From Thermodesulfobacteriota bacterium (GTDB lineage: Bacteria; Desulfobacterota_D; UBA1144; Nemesobacterales; Mycalebacteriaceae), in assembly GCA_965205855.1 (NCBI GenBank), contig OZ242184.1, forward strand, positions 886,570 through 950,569: DNA of 64,000 nt. The letters run 5' to 3'. The notes under the pieces are model-generated. The model did not search any database. It was not told where the DNA came from and saw nothing but the letters and a program-made list of their open reading frames with translations. The position numbers and the translations under genes were made by a program. The stretch's first letter is position 1. Every line of letters begins with the position of its first letter. This document shows, one piece after another, positions 52,257 through 61,800 of this stretch.

Positions 52257-52643
52257 TTTCTCCGGCTCAAAACCGATTGTCTCAAGTTTTGAGTCAATCT
52301 CGTCCTTGAGACTGAAAAACGCGTCCCCGGATTCCGCAATCACCGCAAGCGTCTGCGTATAACGGCGGAGTATAAGCGCCTCAACCCCGTCCGTTGTGAT
52401 GTCGAGCGGCACAAACCGCTTGCAACAACTTTCAATAACCCCGCACAGTTCGGGAATCAATTCGCGGCGCGTCTCTCCGAGAAACCTTAAAGTAATATGG
52501 AATTTTTCAGACAGCTCCCAACGCACATGGCGGAGCGAGCGTATTGCGGCGGAACGGGATTTTATCACCCTTTTTGCTTTTTCGGGAACTTCAAGAGAAA
52601 TAAAAAGCCGGACGGTAGCGCTGTCAACTCTCAAGCTCAACAT
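52083..52643 (-). CDS. thpR: RNA 2',3'-cyclic phosphodiesterase (2H phosphoesterase, LigT/ThpR)
   Basis: Two H-x-T/S-x motifs (HITLRFLGE and HITIGR) in the 2H fold. Start chosen at MLSLRV (52643). The ORF track begins at 52664. Confidence 0.85.
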   Translation of the reverse strand: MLSLRVDSATVRLFISLEVPEKAKRVIKSRSAAIRSLRHVRWELSEKFHITLRFLGETRRELIPELCGVIESCCKRFVPLDITTDGVEALILRRYTQTLAVIAESGDAFFSLKDEIDSKLETIGFEPEKRDFIPHITIGRIRKRIKLPELPQFKLEFVSDRVCLMESELRREGAVHREVEGFRLGE

Positions 52644-53232
52644 TCCAGTATGAGGCATCAACAAAACTTACAAACGGCTCCCATTCTTTGTAGCGGATTG
52701 GGTGCGCGTAAATGTTTGCAAACGGTCCCCACTGCGGTTCGGAGGGAATTGTGAGCAATTTCATCCTTGCCTGTTCGGGAGTTCTACCGCCTTTTCTGCG
52801 GTTGCACGAGCCGCAGGAGCAGACAACATTGTCCCATCTGCTTTCTCCGCCGTGCGCGCGCGGAATAACATGGTCTATCGTAAGCTCGGTTTTGGAAAAA
52901 TGCTTTCCGCAGTATTGGCATTTACCGCTGTCTCTGCGGAATATGTTGAAGCGCGTAAATCTCGGACGCTTTCTGTGAAATCCGCTGTAACGGAGCAGGA
53001 TTATAACCCTCGGCGCTTTGATGATCCTTGTAACGGTTCTCACATAGTCGCCACGCCCTCCGGCGGCAGAGGCGGCGGAAACCTCCGCCCAACTCTCAAA
53101 ATCAAAAGTCTCGTAGGTTTTTGTTACGGCTTTCGCCTCGCCGCAATAGAGCATCACAAATGCCCGTCGCAAATTGGTAACGGAAACGGGCATATAGTTT
53201 TTGTTCAAAACCAGAACCGGCGAACTCAACAT
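52624..53232 (-). CDS. HNH endonuclease (COG1403-type with N-terminal VLVLNxxYxP domain)
   Basis: HNH core CQYCGKH...TIDHVIPRAHGG...N...CSCGSCNRRKG. Its 3' end overlaps the thpR start. Confidence 0.8.
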   Translation of the reverse strand: MLSSPVLVLNKNYMPVSVTNLRRAFVMLYCGEAKAVTKTYETFDFESWAEVSAASAAGGRGDYVRTVTRIIKAPRVIILLRYSGFHRKRPRFTRFNIFRRDSGKCQYCGKHFSKTELTIDHVIPRAHGGESRWDNVVCSCGSCNRRKGGRTPEQARMKLLTIPSEPQWGPFANIYAHPIRYKEWEPFVSFVDASYWNVELES

Positions 53233-53468
53233 ATCCCGATATTTTACAGTCGGAAACGGACTATTTCAAAAAAAAACCGGCCGCTGTTGAAAAAAAGTCT
53301 GAAAAGATATAAATAGAACAAAGGCGTTTGCCGGTTATGGATATTACAGCAAATATTGTTTTTCTTGTTAACTTTCTGCTCTGCGCGGGCTTTTTCTCCC
53401 TGCTGTTTGCGCTTTCGAGAACAAACGCGCGCGCGGAAAAAGCCGCCCAAGAGAAACGGCACGGTTAG

Positions 53469-54233
53469 ATGTATCCGGATCTTTTCAAAGCCGGAGACTT
53501 TACGGTCGGCTCATTCGGCGTTCTTGTCGCTCTGGCGTTTCTTGTCGCCTACATCGTTGCGGCGGGAGAGTTGAAAAGAAAAGGCGCGCCGCCCTCCGCC
53601 GCTCAGGACATGTTTGTGTGGATTTCTTTGTGCTCAATAGTGGGAGCAAAACTGTTCTTTGTCACGGAAAATTTCACATTTGCAGAAATAATCTCAGACC
53701 CCGTTCCGGTTCTTTTTTCGCGCAACGGGCTGACTTTCTACGGCGGTCTGCTCGGCGGGATTGCGGGCGGGATATACGCCGCGCGTAAAAACGGCGTGCA
53801 GGTGCGAAAGGCGCTTGACGCTGTGGCTCCCGCGCTTGCAATCGGCTACGCGATTGGAAGAATCGGCTGCCTACTTGTTGGAGACGACTACGGAACGGCG
53901 TCCGACCTGCCGTGGGCAATGGCGTTTCCAAACGGATATCCGCCCGTGGATTTTACCGTTCATCCGACCCAGATATACGAATCGGTTTTAATGTTCGCGG
54001 TGTTCGCCCTGCTGTGGAGAATCAGGAAAACCGCCATGCCCGACGGACGCCTGTTCGCGCTTTATCTCGCGCTTGCGGGCACAGAGCGGTTTCTCGTTGA
54101 GTTTATAAGAACAACCACCCAAAGCGGATTTGCCGGACTTTCAGTCGCGCAAGTCATTGCCCTTGCGTCAGTAACAATCGGATGTGTGTGGCTTGTCGTT
54201 TCCCGCCCATCGGGTTCGCGCCACGAACTATAA
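53469..54233 (+). CDS. lgt: prolipoprotein diacylglyceryl transferase
   Basis: Lgt signature GRIGCLLVGDDYG and a polytopic membrane topology. Confidence 0.9.
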   Translation: MYPDLFKAGDFTVGSFGVLVALAFLVAYIVAAGELKRKGAPPSAAQDMFVWISLCSIVGAKLFFVTENFTFAEIISDPVPVLFSRNGLTFYGGLLGGIAGGIYAARKNGVQVRKALDAVAPALAIGYAIGRIGCLLVGDDYGTASDLPWAMAFPNGYPPVDFTVHPTQIYESVLMFAVFALLWRIRKTAMPDGRLFALYLALAGTERFLVEFIRTTTQSGFAGLSVAQVIALASVTIGCVWLVVSRPSGSRHEL

Positions 54234-55313
54234 AACAGCCGGAACAATGTCGCGTAAACAGGCCTCAAACTCACGGTTTTCTTCCGCAAGTCCGACCGTA
54301 ACCCTGAGACAGTCCTCGACACCGCCACCGGAAAAATTGCGCACAAGAACGCTTTTTTCAACAAGCGCCCGGTAAACCCTGTCCGCCGCCGCCACGTCCG
54401 GGAAACGGATAAGAAGAAAATTGGAATCACTCCGATAAACGGTAACGCCTTCAACGGCAGAGAGAGATTTGAATATTTTTGCACGCTCCGCCGCGACGGT
54501 TTTCACGTTTTCCTCAAACATCGCGCGGTTTTCAAAAAAGAACATGACCGCCGCCTGCGTGAGCGAGTTTATGTTATACGGAAGCCTGACTTTTGACAGT
54601 TGCGCGGAAAGTTCGGGACGCATAAACAAAACTCCAAGCCGGAGAGCGGCGAATCCGATTTTGGAGAATGTGCGCATAACGGCAAGGTTCTCGTATTTTT
54701 CCATAAGCGGTGTGTTGTCCGCGCCGCAGAACGCGCCGTATGCCTCATCCACAACAACAACCCCCGGAGCGTTTTTTATGACCGATTCCACCCTTCGGGG
54801 CGACAGCAAATTTCCGGTCGGGCTGTTGGGTGAGGCGAGAAACACAATGTCGGGGTCGCATTTCTCAATAGCGTGTTGCATAGCAGCTTCTTCAAGGTCA
54901 AACTCCGGGTCAAGGTTTTCAGAAACAACCTTTCTGCCAAGAGCCGCCGCCGTGAGCGCATACATTGAAAATGTCGGAGACGGAACAAGCACGGTTTGAG
55001 AACCACCGCAAAAAGCCTCCACGGCCATCTGTATCAACTCATCCGAGCCATTGCCGAAAACAATGCCGTCCGGACAAACTCCGCTCCATTGCGACACCGC
55101 CTCTCTGAGACGCGAGCAGTCCGGGTCGGGATAACGGTTGAGCGGAACGCTCGAAAGGTTTTTCAGAATCTCGCCGCGCTCTCCCACGGAAAGCGGAAAA
55201 GGGCTTTCGTTGCCATCAAGCCGTATCCGGCACTGCGGTCTTGAGGAGTCGTAAGCCGAAAGGTCGCGCACGGAGCCGCGAACCCTGTGCAGAAGTTGTT
55301 CAACGCCCGCCAT
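54228..55313 (-). CDS. hisC: histidinol-phosphate aminotransferase
   Basis: Class II aminotransferase with the PLP-lysine region. Operonic with hisD. Confidence 0.88.
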   Translation of the reverse strand: MAGVEQLLHRVRGSVRDLSAYDSSRPQCRIRLDGNESPFPLSVGERGEILKNLSSVPLNRYPDPDCSRLREAVSQWSGVCPDGIVFGNGSDELIQMAVEAFCGGSQTVLVPSPTFSMYALTAAALGRKVVSENLDPEFDLEEAAMQHAIEKCDPDIVFLASPNSPTGNLLSPRRVESVIKNAPGVVVVDEAYGAFCGADNTPLMEKYENLAVMRTFSKIGFAALRLGVLFMRPELSAQLSKVRLPYNINSLTQAAVMFFFENRAMFEENVKTVAAERAKIFKSLSAVEGVTVYRSDSNFLLIRFPDVAAADRVYRALVEKSVLVRNFSGGGVEDCLRVTVGLAEENREFEACLRDIVPAVL

Positions 55314-56607
55314 TTGAGAAGTTTTTCTTCCTTGTGGTTACGGAAAGAGCGTGAGCGGAAAGCCCTTCGGCGAGGGCGAGGTTGACCACTGTGTCCGAGA
55401 GGTTTTCAAACCCTTTTTCCGTAAGTTCGGCGACACTCGGTGTTTTCACAAAATCCGCGGCGGAAAGAGGCGAAGAGAACCGCGCCGCGCCGCCCGTAGG
55501 TAGCACGTGGCTTGAGCCGCAAACATAGTCGCCAAACGCCTCGGTGGTGTTTTTCCCCATAAAAATGGCGCCGGCGTGCCGTATCAGAGGCAGAACCGAA
55601 CGCGGAGATTTAACGCAAAGCTCAAGATGTTCGGGAGCGACCGCGTTTGCGATACGTGCGGCCAGATTGATGTTTCTCACAACAAAGATTCTTCCGTTGT
55701 TTCGTATCGCCGCAAGAGCGATGGCGCTTCTTTCAATCCCGTGCGCCATTTCGTAAAGCGCGGATTTAACCTTGGCGGCGTGGGACGCAGAGGTTGTAAC
55801 AAGGGTCGGGGTCGCCATTTCATCATGCTCGGCTTGGGCGAGCAAATCCGCGGCAATCCACCGCGCGGGACATGAACCGTCTGAGATAACAAGCACCTCG
55901 CTGGGCCCGGCCATCATGTCTATGTCTGTTTCGCCGTAGACGAGTTTCTTCGCAATCGTAACATAGATGTTTCCTGGACCGACAATCTTGTCCGCACGGG
56001 GAACCAAGCGTGTTCCAAAAGCGAGCGCGGAGATTGCCTGAGCGCCTCCGATTTTGAAAATACGGTCAACACCCGCAATACCTGCCGCGGCAATCGTTTC
56101 GGGATTTAACTCCCCCCCGCGGCACGGTGTCGCCATGACTATTTCACGAACTCCGGCGACCTTTGCCGGAACAGCCGTCATGAGAACGGTTGAGGGATAC
56201 GCCGCTTTTCCTCCGGGAATATATATCCCGACTCTGTCAAGCGGCCGGACAACCCAGCCCAGTTTGTTCCCGTATTTGTCCCTGTGCTCATGAGAGCGCG
56301 GCAGTTTTTTTTTCTGGTATTCCGCTATGCGGCGGCGCGCGGTTTTCAAATCCCTTATGACGGATTTTGCAACCTTTGCAGTCGCCATCTTCGCTTCGTC
56401 CGGCGAGACCTCAACCGTCCGGGAGTTTACGACCGTGCCGTCAAATTTTTTTGTAAGCGAAAAAAGAGCCCGGTCGCCTCCGGTTCTTACGAGTTCAACA
56501 ATCTTCGCAACAGAGGCAACCTCCCGCGTACTGAACGGAGAAGCCGTCTTGCGTATCCGGGCAATCTGTTTCTCAATGTTGGAGAAATCTATTTTGACAG
56601 TTTTCAT
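55300..56607 (-). CDS. hisD: histidinol dehydrogenase
   Basis: HisD family over 435 aa. Zinc and NAD sites present. Confidence 0.9.
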   Translation of the reverse strand: MKTVKIDFSNIEKQIARIRKTASPFSTREVASVAKIVELVRTGGDRALFSLTKKFDGTVVNSRTVEVSPDEAKMATAKVAKSVIRDLKTARRRIAEYQKKKLPRSHEHRDKYGNKLGWVVRPLDRVGIYIPGGKAAYPSTVLMTAVPAKVAGVREIVMATPCRGGELNPETIAAAGIAGVDRIFKIGGAQAISALAFGTRLVPRADKIVGPGNIYVTIAKKLVYGETDIDMMAGPSEVLVISDGSCPARWIAADLLAQAEHDEMATPTLVTTSASHAAKVKSALYEMAHGIERSAIALAAIRNNGRIFVVRNINLAARIANAVAPEHLELCVKSPRSVLPLIRHAGAIFMGKNTTEAFGDYVCGSSHVLPTGGAARFSSPLSAADFVKTPSVAELTEKGFENLSDTVVNLALAEGLSAHALSVTTRKKNFSNGGR

Positions 56608-56619
56608 ATCCGCGCCGCA

Positions 56620-56907
56620 TCATTCTCCGGTGTGAGCACCCTCCCCGAATCCGCTCTCCACAAAGCCGGATATCTGCTCGGAGGCTTCCTGAGCATCGCC
56701 GCCCGAAACCCTGATATCAATCTCCGTGCCTCTTGTGGCGCCGAGGGAAAGAATTCCGAGAATGCTTTTGCCGTCCACTTCGTATCCGTTTTTAATTATC
56801 TTCACATCCGATGAAAATCTGCTTGAAAGTTTGACAAAACCCGCCGCCGCTCGCGCGTGCAAACCGAGGGTGTTGACAATTGTGAGGGTTTTGTTTATTG
56901 AATCCAC
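56620..56907 (-). CDS. ptsH: phosphocarrier protein HPr
   Basis: The block TIVNTLGLHARAAAGFV aligns to the HPr active-site His15 region (GLHTRPA). A probable GTG start at 56907 is preceded by GAGG. The ORF-track ATG at 56949 would add 14 atypical residues. Confidence 0.75.
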   Translation of the reverse strand: MDSINKTLTIVNTLGLHARAAAGFVKLSSRFSSDVKIIKNGYEVDGKSILGILSLGATRGTEIDIRVSGGDAQEASEQISGFVESGFGEGAHTGE

Positions 56908-56992
56908 TACTGTTGCCTCTGTAAAAATACGATGACGGATTATACACAATTATACGGCAAGCATTAAAAACCGTGGCACGGCAAGTTACAAT

Positions 56993-58078
56993 GTGAGCAG
57001 TATGAGCATCAAAGAAATATGTGGCAAGGTAATGGACTGCGAAAGACTGCGCGGCGATGACGGACTTGAACTCCTGCGCGGTGCGACCCTGACGCAACTC
57101 GGTGGCCTTGCGTCTTTTTGCAGACAGAGGTGCAACCCCGGCAAAACCGTAACCTTCATCTGCGACACAAACCCGAACTATACAAATGTGTGCGACACAG
57201 AATGCCTTTTCTGCGCCTTCTGGAGACCCGCGGATGCGTCGGACGCCTACACTCTTTCAGTGGACAGGCTCATTGAGATGATGAAAACATCTTATCACAA
57301 CGGAGCCACAACGGTTTTGCTTCAGGGCGGTCACAATCCCGATATCGGAATTGAGTATTACGAGAAAATTGTGAGGCGCGCGAGAGAGGAAATTCCCGGT
57401 CTTCATCTTCACGCCTTTTCCGCGCCGGAAATAGCGGCAATCGCGAAATACGAGGGCATCAATACGCGGGATGTGCTGTGGAGACTCTGGAATGCCGGAC
57501 TCAGAACAATCCCCGGCGGTGGCGCGGAGATACTTTCCAACAGAGTGAGAAAAAAAATCAGCCCGCTCAAGATAGATGCGGACAAGTGGATTGGAATTAC
57601 AAAAGAGGCACATGAAACCGGATTCAAAACCACCGCGACAATGATGTTCGGTCATTTAGAGCGGGACGAAGACATTGTGGAGCATCTCACGAGGGTGCGC
57701 GATTTGCAGGATGAAACGGGCGGTTTTCTCGCTTTTATACCCTGGATATTCAAGCCTTCCAACACCTTCCTTGAGCGCAAAATTTCCGCCGAAATAGGCG
57801 GGGAACGCTATTTACGTGTGCTTGCGGTGTGCCGAATCTTCCTTGACAACTTCAGATTTATTCAGGGCTCGTGGTTCACTCAGGGGTTTAAAATCGGGTC
57901 TGCGTCAATGAATTTCGGCGCGGACGACCTTGGGGGAACATTGTATGAGGAAAACGTGCTCAGATGCGCGGAGAACAGAATAAAGGCGAGTGCCGGAGAG
58001 ATTTCCGGAATGATAGAGCGCGCGGGCTTCAAGCCGGCGCGGAGAAACACTTTTTATGAAATCATACCCAAACCCTGA
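56993..58078 (+). CDS. radical SAM enzyme, MqnC/MqnE family (futalosine-pathway menaquinone biosynthesis, or the CofH-like clade)
   Basis: CDTECLFCAF (CxxxCxxC). The surrounding sequence resembles the MqnC/MqnE YTNxCxxxCxFCAF block. 361 aa. Confidence 0.7.
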   Translation: MSSMSIKEICGKVMDCERLRGDDGLELLRGATLTQLGGLASFCRQRCNPGKTVTFICDTNPNYTNVCDTECLFCAFWRPADASDAYTLSVDRLIEMMKTSYHNGATTVLLQGGHNPDIGIEYYEKIVRRAREEIPGLHLHAFSAPEIAAIAKYEGINTRDVLWRLWNAGLRTIPGGGAEILSNRVRKKISPLKIDADKWIGITKEAHETGFKTTATMMFGHLERDEDIVEHLTRVRDLQDETGGFLAFIPWIFKPSNTFLERKISAEIGGERYLRVLAVCRIFLDNFRFIQGSWFTQGFKIGSASMNFGADDLGGTLYEENVLRCAENRIKASAGEISGMIERAGFKPARRNTFYEIIPKP

Positions 58079-58821
58079 TGGCTGAGCGTATACAGAAACT
58101 GCTCGCGGGCGCCGGAGCGGGCTCGCGGAGACAGGCGGAAAAGTTGATAAAATCCGGCGCGGTTTTTGTCAACGGAAAGATTTGCAAACTCGGAGACAAA
58201 GCGGAGCCGCATGACGCCATTACAATAGACGGAAGGGAAATTGATTGTAAAACAGACCCGTCCGAAAAACTCGTAATCGCATACAACAAGCCCGCCGGAA
58301 AAATCGTGAGCAGAAGCGACCCTCAAAACCGCCCCGTTGTTTTTGATGATTTGCCCCCGTTAAAGAAAGCCCGCTGGGTTTGTGCGGGGCGGCTGGACGT
58401 GAATACATCGGGGTTGCTGCTCTTCTGTTCGGACGGACTGCTTGCGCACAGGCTTGCTCATCCCTCAAGCGGAATTGAGCGCGAATATATGGCGCGTGTG
58501 CGCGGAAACACGGGTCCGGAAACGATTAATAAACTGCTCGCGGGCGTTGTTCTTGACGGCAAAAAGGGGCAGTTTGAAAAAATTACAGCAGTTGCCTCAA
58601 AGAACAAAAGCAACAAATGGTTCAAGATAATTGTACAAGAGGGAAGAAACAGGTTTGTCAGAAGAATGTGGGAAAGTTGCGGGTGTTCGGTCAGTCGCTT
58701 GATAAGGGTCAGGTTCGCAACGGTGAGGCTTCCGAAAAAATTGCCCACGGGAGCGTCGGTATTTCTTGATGGGAAGGAAATCCGGAAGATTTATAAAGCC
58801 ACGGGGGTTAATACGGGTTAG
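58078..58821 (+). CDS. rluB: rRNA pseudouridine synthase, RsuA/RluB family (S4 domain plus catalytic domain)
   Basis: N-terminal S4 RNA-binding domain. Catalytic Asp context GRLDVNTSGLLLF. Confidence 0.8.
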   Translation: MAERIQKLLAGAGAGSRRQAEKLIKSGAVFVNGKICKLGDKAEPHDAITIDGREIDCKTDPSEKLVIAYNKPAGKIVSRSDPQNRPVVFDDLPPLKKARWVCAGRLDVNTSGLLLFCSDGLLAHRLAHPSSGIEREYMARVRGNTGPETINKLLAGVVLDGKKGQFEKITAVASKNKSNKWFKIIVQEGRNRFVRRMWESCGCSVSRLIRVRFATVRLPKKLPTGASVFLDGKEIRKIYKATGVNTG

Positions 58822-58848
58822 GCAATTTGCGTGCCGTCGCGGGTGGAA

Positions 58849-59415
58849 TCACTTCACCCTTTCAACATAACTTCCGTCCCTTGTATCAACCCTTATGATA
58901 TCCCCAGGGTTGACAAAAAGCGGGACGTTAACCTTCGCTCCGGTCTCAAGAGTCGCGGGCTTTGTCGCGGACGCGGCGGTGTCTCCCTTCACTCCCGGTT
59001 CCGCCTCGGTAACTTTCAATTCCACAACCGCCTTGGGAAACTCAACTCCACGCGGCTCCCCGTTGATGAAGTTGACCTGGACCTCCTGGTGCTCGCTGAT
59101 AAAATCCGCCATGCTCCCAACCTGAGCGGCCGAAAGCTCCCATTGGTCAAACTTCTCGCTGTCCATAAAATGGTAGGAAGAACCGTCCGAATACAGAAAC
59201 TGCATTGCCGTTTTTTTTATGTCAGGAGTATCAAATTTGTCTCCCGAACGGAATTTTTTTTCCTGTACCGCTCCCGTAACTATGTTGCGCACCTTTACCG
59301 TTACGATGGGACTACGTTGAGCCATCTTTGAGTGCTGATACTCAATGATCTCCCAAATCCCGTCATCGGTCTGTATTTTCATTCCTCTGTGAAAATCGTT
59401 TGTTTCAACAACCAT
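58849..59415 (-). CDS. efp: elongation factor P
   Basis: Three OB-like domains with the KPGKG-type loop region. Start set at MVVETNDF. The ORF track starts 16 codons upstream and overlaps mutL. Confidence 0.9.
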   Translation of the reverse strand: MVVETNDFHRGMKIQTDDGIWEIIEYQHSKMAQRSPIVTVKVRNIVTGAVQEKKFRSGDKFDTPDIKKTAMQFLYSDGSSYHFMDSEKFDQWELSAAQVGSMADFISEHQEVQVNFINGEPRGVEFPKAVVELKVTEAEPGVKGDTAASATKPATLETGAKVNVPLFVNPGDIIRVDTRDGSYVERVK

Positions 59416-59437
59416 TTTATTCTCCGGACAAGTGAGA

Positions 59438-61240
59438 TTACTTTCTCTTGAACATCTTCTCAAGACTGCCGTAAGTAATTCTTACCGCGACCGGCCTGCC
59501 GTGCGGACAGAAATGGGGAGACTCGCATTTGTCCATATCGGAGAAAAAAGTATTTAACTCCTCCTCCGCCGTTATGTATCCGGCACGGATGGACCGGTGA
59601 CACGCCATTGTGGCGAGAATGTGCTCGGTTTTTTCGTCAAGCTTGTTGGAAAGTTCCGGACAGTCGGCCTCTTTCAGTTCGGTAAAAATATCGATAAATA
59701 GGTTTCTACCACTTACGCACGGCAAAATGGCGGGAAGCGCACCAAGTCTGATGGCATCTTCTCCAAACGCTTCTGCGCCAAACCCTATTCTGCTCATTTT
59801 CGGTTCAATCTCCGCAAACAGGATGATATCTTCGGGACGCATCTCTATAATCTCCGGTATGAGAAGCCTCTGAGCCTTCAAGCCGCCGTCGTTGAGGTAA
59901 CTGTTTTTAAGCCGCTCAAAATTGACTCTCTCGTGCGCTGCATGTTGGTCAATCAGCACAAGTCCCTCTTTTGACTCACAGATAATGTAAAGCCCTGCTA
60001 CCAGCCCGATACGGTTAAGTTGGGAGAAAAAACCCCTCTCCGCAGGGGAAGAGATTCCTTGCGGATTGCCGGTTCGCGGTGGCTCCTCCAAAGCTGTGAA
60101 ATCCAAATCGGGGGCTTTGTTTACCGGTGGCTTTCCGTAAACCTGAGCACCGATAGACTGCCGTGCCGCGCGGGAGCCGGAACCGTACCGTTCGGATTCG
60201 GGGGTCTCTCTCATCGGAGATGTTTGCCGGGGAGCGGACGGTTCCGGATAACCGGTAATCCACGGAGCGGATGAAAGGAAAGCCTCCACCGCCGCGCGAA
60301 CTGACGCGGCAACCGCGGCGGGAGACTTGAAACGAACCTCGTGTTTTGTGGGATGCACATTGACATCAACCTCCTCCGACGACAGGTTGATAAAAAGCGC
60401 CCCTTGCGGATAACGCCCCCTTTCAAATGTGCGCCCGAAGGCGCCTATCACAACCTTGTTGACAAACCTGTCCCGCACATACCTGCCGTTAACATAGCAG
60501 TAAAAATGCGTCATTGAGGAAAATCCGTCCAAAGGGGAACAGAGAAATCCCTTTATTTCAACTGCGCCGCCCGTGGCTTCAATCTCATACGGCTTTATCT
60601 TTCCGAGCACATCCCCGACTCTGCGCTCAAGGTCGCCCGGAGAAAAACTGAAAATGCTTTTGCCGTTGTGCAGAACCTCAAAGCCAACTTCGGGATTTGC
60701 CAGCGCGATGGAACGGATAACTCCGGCGCACCTTGAAAGCTCGGTTTCATTTGTTTTCAGAAATTTGAGACGCGGACGCGTGTTGAAGAAAAGAGAGCGC
60801 GCCTCAACGGTTGTTCCTGCGGGACAGCCCGTGTCCTTCACACCGCCTGATCTTCCGCCCTCCACAACTATAAGGGTTCCGGTGTCGCAATCGCGCGGGC
60901 GTGTCTCAAGAGAGAATCTGGACACAGCGGCAATGGAGGCAAGCGCCTCTCCCCTGAACCCAAAGGTGGACACAGAGGCAAGCTCCTTTTCGTTCTTTAT
61001 CTTGCTTGTGGTATGCCGTTCAACGCTCAACACAGCATCTTCGCGCGACATTCCGCAACCGTCATCGGCAACCCTTACAAGGCGTTTTCCACCCGAATCA
61101 AGCTCAACCGAAATCCTTTTCGCTCCCGCATCAACGGAGTTCTCAAGAAACTCTTTGAGAACCGACGCGGGTCTTTCAATTACTTCTCCGGCAGATATTT
61201 TGGAAATAAGGATATCGTCAAGTTTTTGAATGTGGTTCAT
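59438..61240 (-). CDS. mutL: DNA mismatch repair protein MutL
   Basis: GHKL ATPase N-terminus (ISAGEVIERPASVLKEFLENSVDAGA). C-terminal dimerisation domain containing the endonuclease-type D..E..K motif region. Confidence 0.9.
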   Translation of the reverse strand: MNHIQKLDDILISKISAGEVIERPASVLKEFLENSVDAGAKRISVELDSGGKRLVRVADDGCGMSREDAVLSVERHTTSKIKNEKELASVSTFGFRGEALASIAAVSRFSLETRPRDCDTGTLIVVEGGRSGGVKDTGCPAGTTVEARSLFFNTRPRLKFLKTNETELSRCAGVIRSIALANPEVGFEVLHNGKSIFSFSPGDLERRVGDVLGKIKPYEIEATGGAVEIKGFLCSPLDGFSSMTHFYCYVNGRYVRDRFVNKVVIGAFGRTFERGRYPQGALFINLSSEEVDVNVHPTKHEVRFKSPAAVAASVRAAVEAFLSSAPWITGYPEPSAPRQTSPMRETPESERYGSGSRAARQSIGAQVYGKPPVNKAPDLDFTALEEPPRTGNPQGISSPAERGFFSQLNRIGLVAGLYIICESKEGLVLIDQHAAHERVNFERLKNSYLNDGGLKAQRLLIPEIIEMRPEDIILFAEIEPKMSRIGFGAEAFGEDAIRLGALPAILPCVSGRNLFIDIFTELKEADCPELSNKLDEKTEHILATMACHRSIRAGYITAEEELNTFFSDMDKCESPHFCPHGRPVAVRITYGSLEKMFKRK

Positions 61241-61426
61241 AAATTCAGAACGCCCCGGATACCCTCAAAACTGCTATGATCGCAATCACAGCAACGGGAA
61301 CAACAACGGCGGCAAAAGCGAAAAGTACATAGAAAAAAAGAGCGCGGGAAGCATTTTTGCCGTAAACATCACCGGACTGCTCTTTTAAGGAAGCAAATAG
61401 CGACAGAAAAAATCCGCCGTCCGAGC

Positions 61427-61744
61427 TCATCTTTTTTCGTTTCTCCTCTCGGCTTTGTCTTTGGCAAGAGTATCCACCACCGAGTCAATTGAAATAGCCA
61501 CAAGAGTAATAATCTCAACGGTTCCCCTTGAGCAAAGCTCAACCGACACCTGACCTATGGTTTCATTGTCCGGGGCTTCGACGATATTGACAAAATCGTA
61601 ATGACCGAGAGTGGCATACTGCTCAATAACCTGGACACCGAATTTTTCAAGCTCCCTGTCAACTTCTTTGATTCTCTCCGGCCTTTCCTTGACTGTTTTT
61701 CTTCCTTCGGGCGTTAACTTGCTGAGTAGAATATAGATTGACAA
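61427..61744 (-). CDS. GYD domain protein
   Basis: LGHYDFVNIVEAPD contains the GxYD signature. About 100 aa. Confidence 0.7.
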   Translation of the reverse strand: MSIYILLSKLTPEGRKTVKERPERIKEVDRELEKFGVQVIEQYATLGHYDFVNIVEAPDNETIGQVSVELCSRGTVEIITLVAISIDSVVDTLAKDKAERRNEKR

Positions 61745-61800
61745 AACCCTTTCCGTTCCTGTGATATAGTCTTATTTTAATTGTATCGGTTCTTTGCCAC

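Noticed and set aside
56908-56949. ATG at 56949 as the ptsH start
   Set aside because: It adds 14 residues (MCIIRHRIFTEATV) not found in HPr proteins. A GTG preceded by GAGG gives a canonical HPr N-terminus. This is uncertain, and both starts are in the same frame.
61245-61430. 61-aa hydrophobic ORF between mutL and the GYD gene
   Set aside because: It is very short and low-complexity hydrophobic with no supporting signal, so it is probably spurious. It is retained only as a note.
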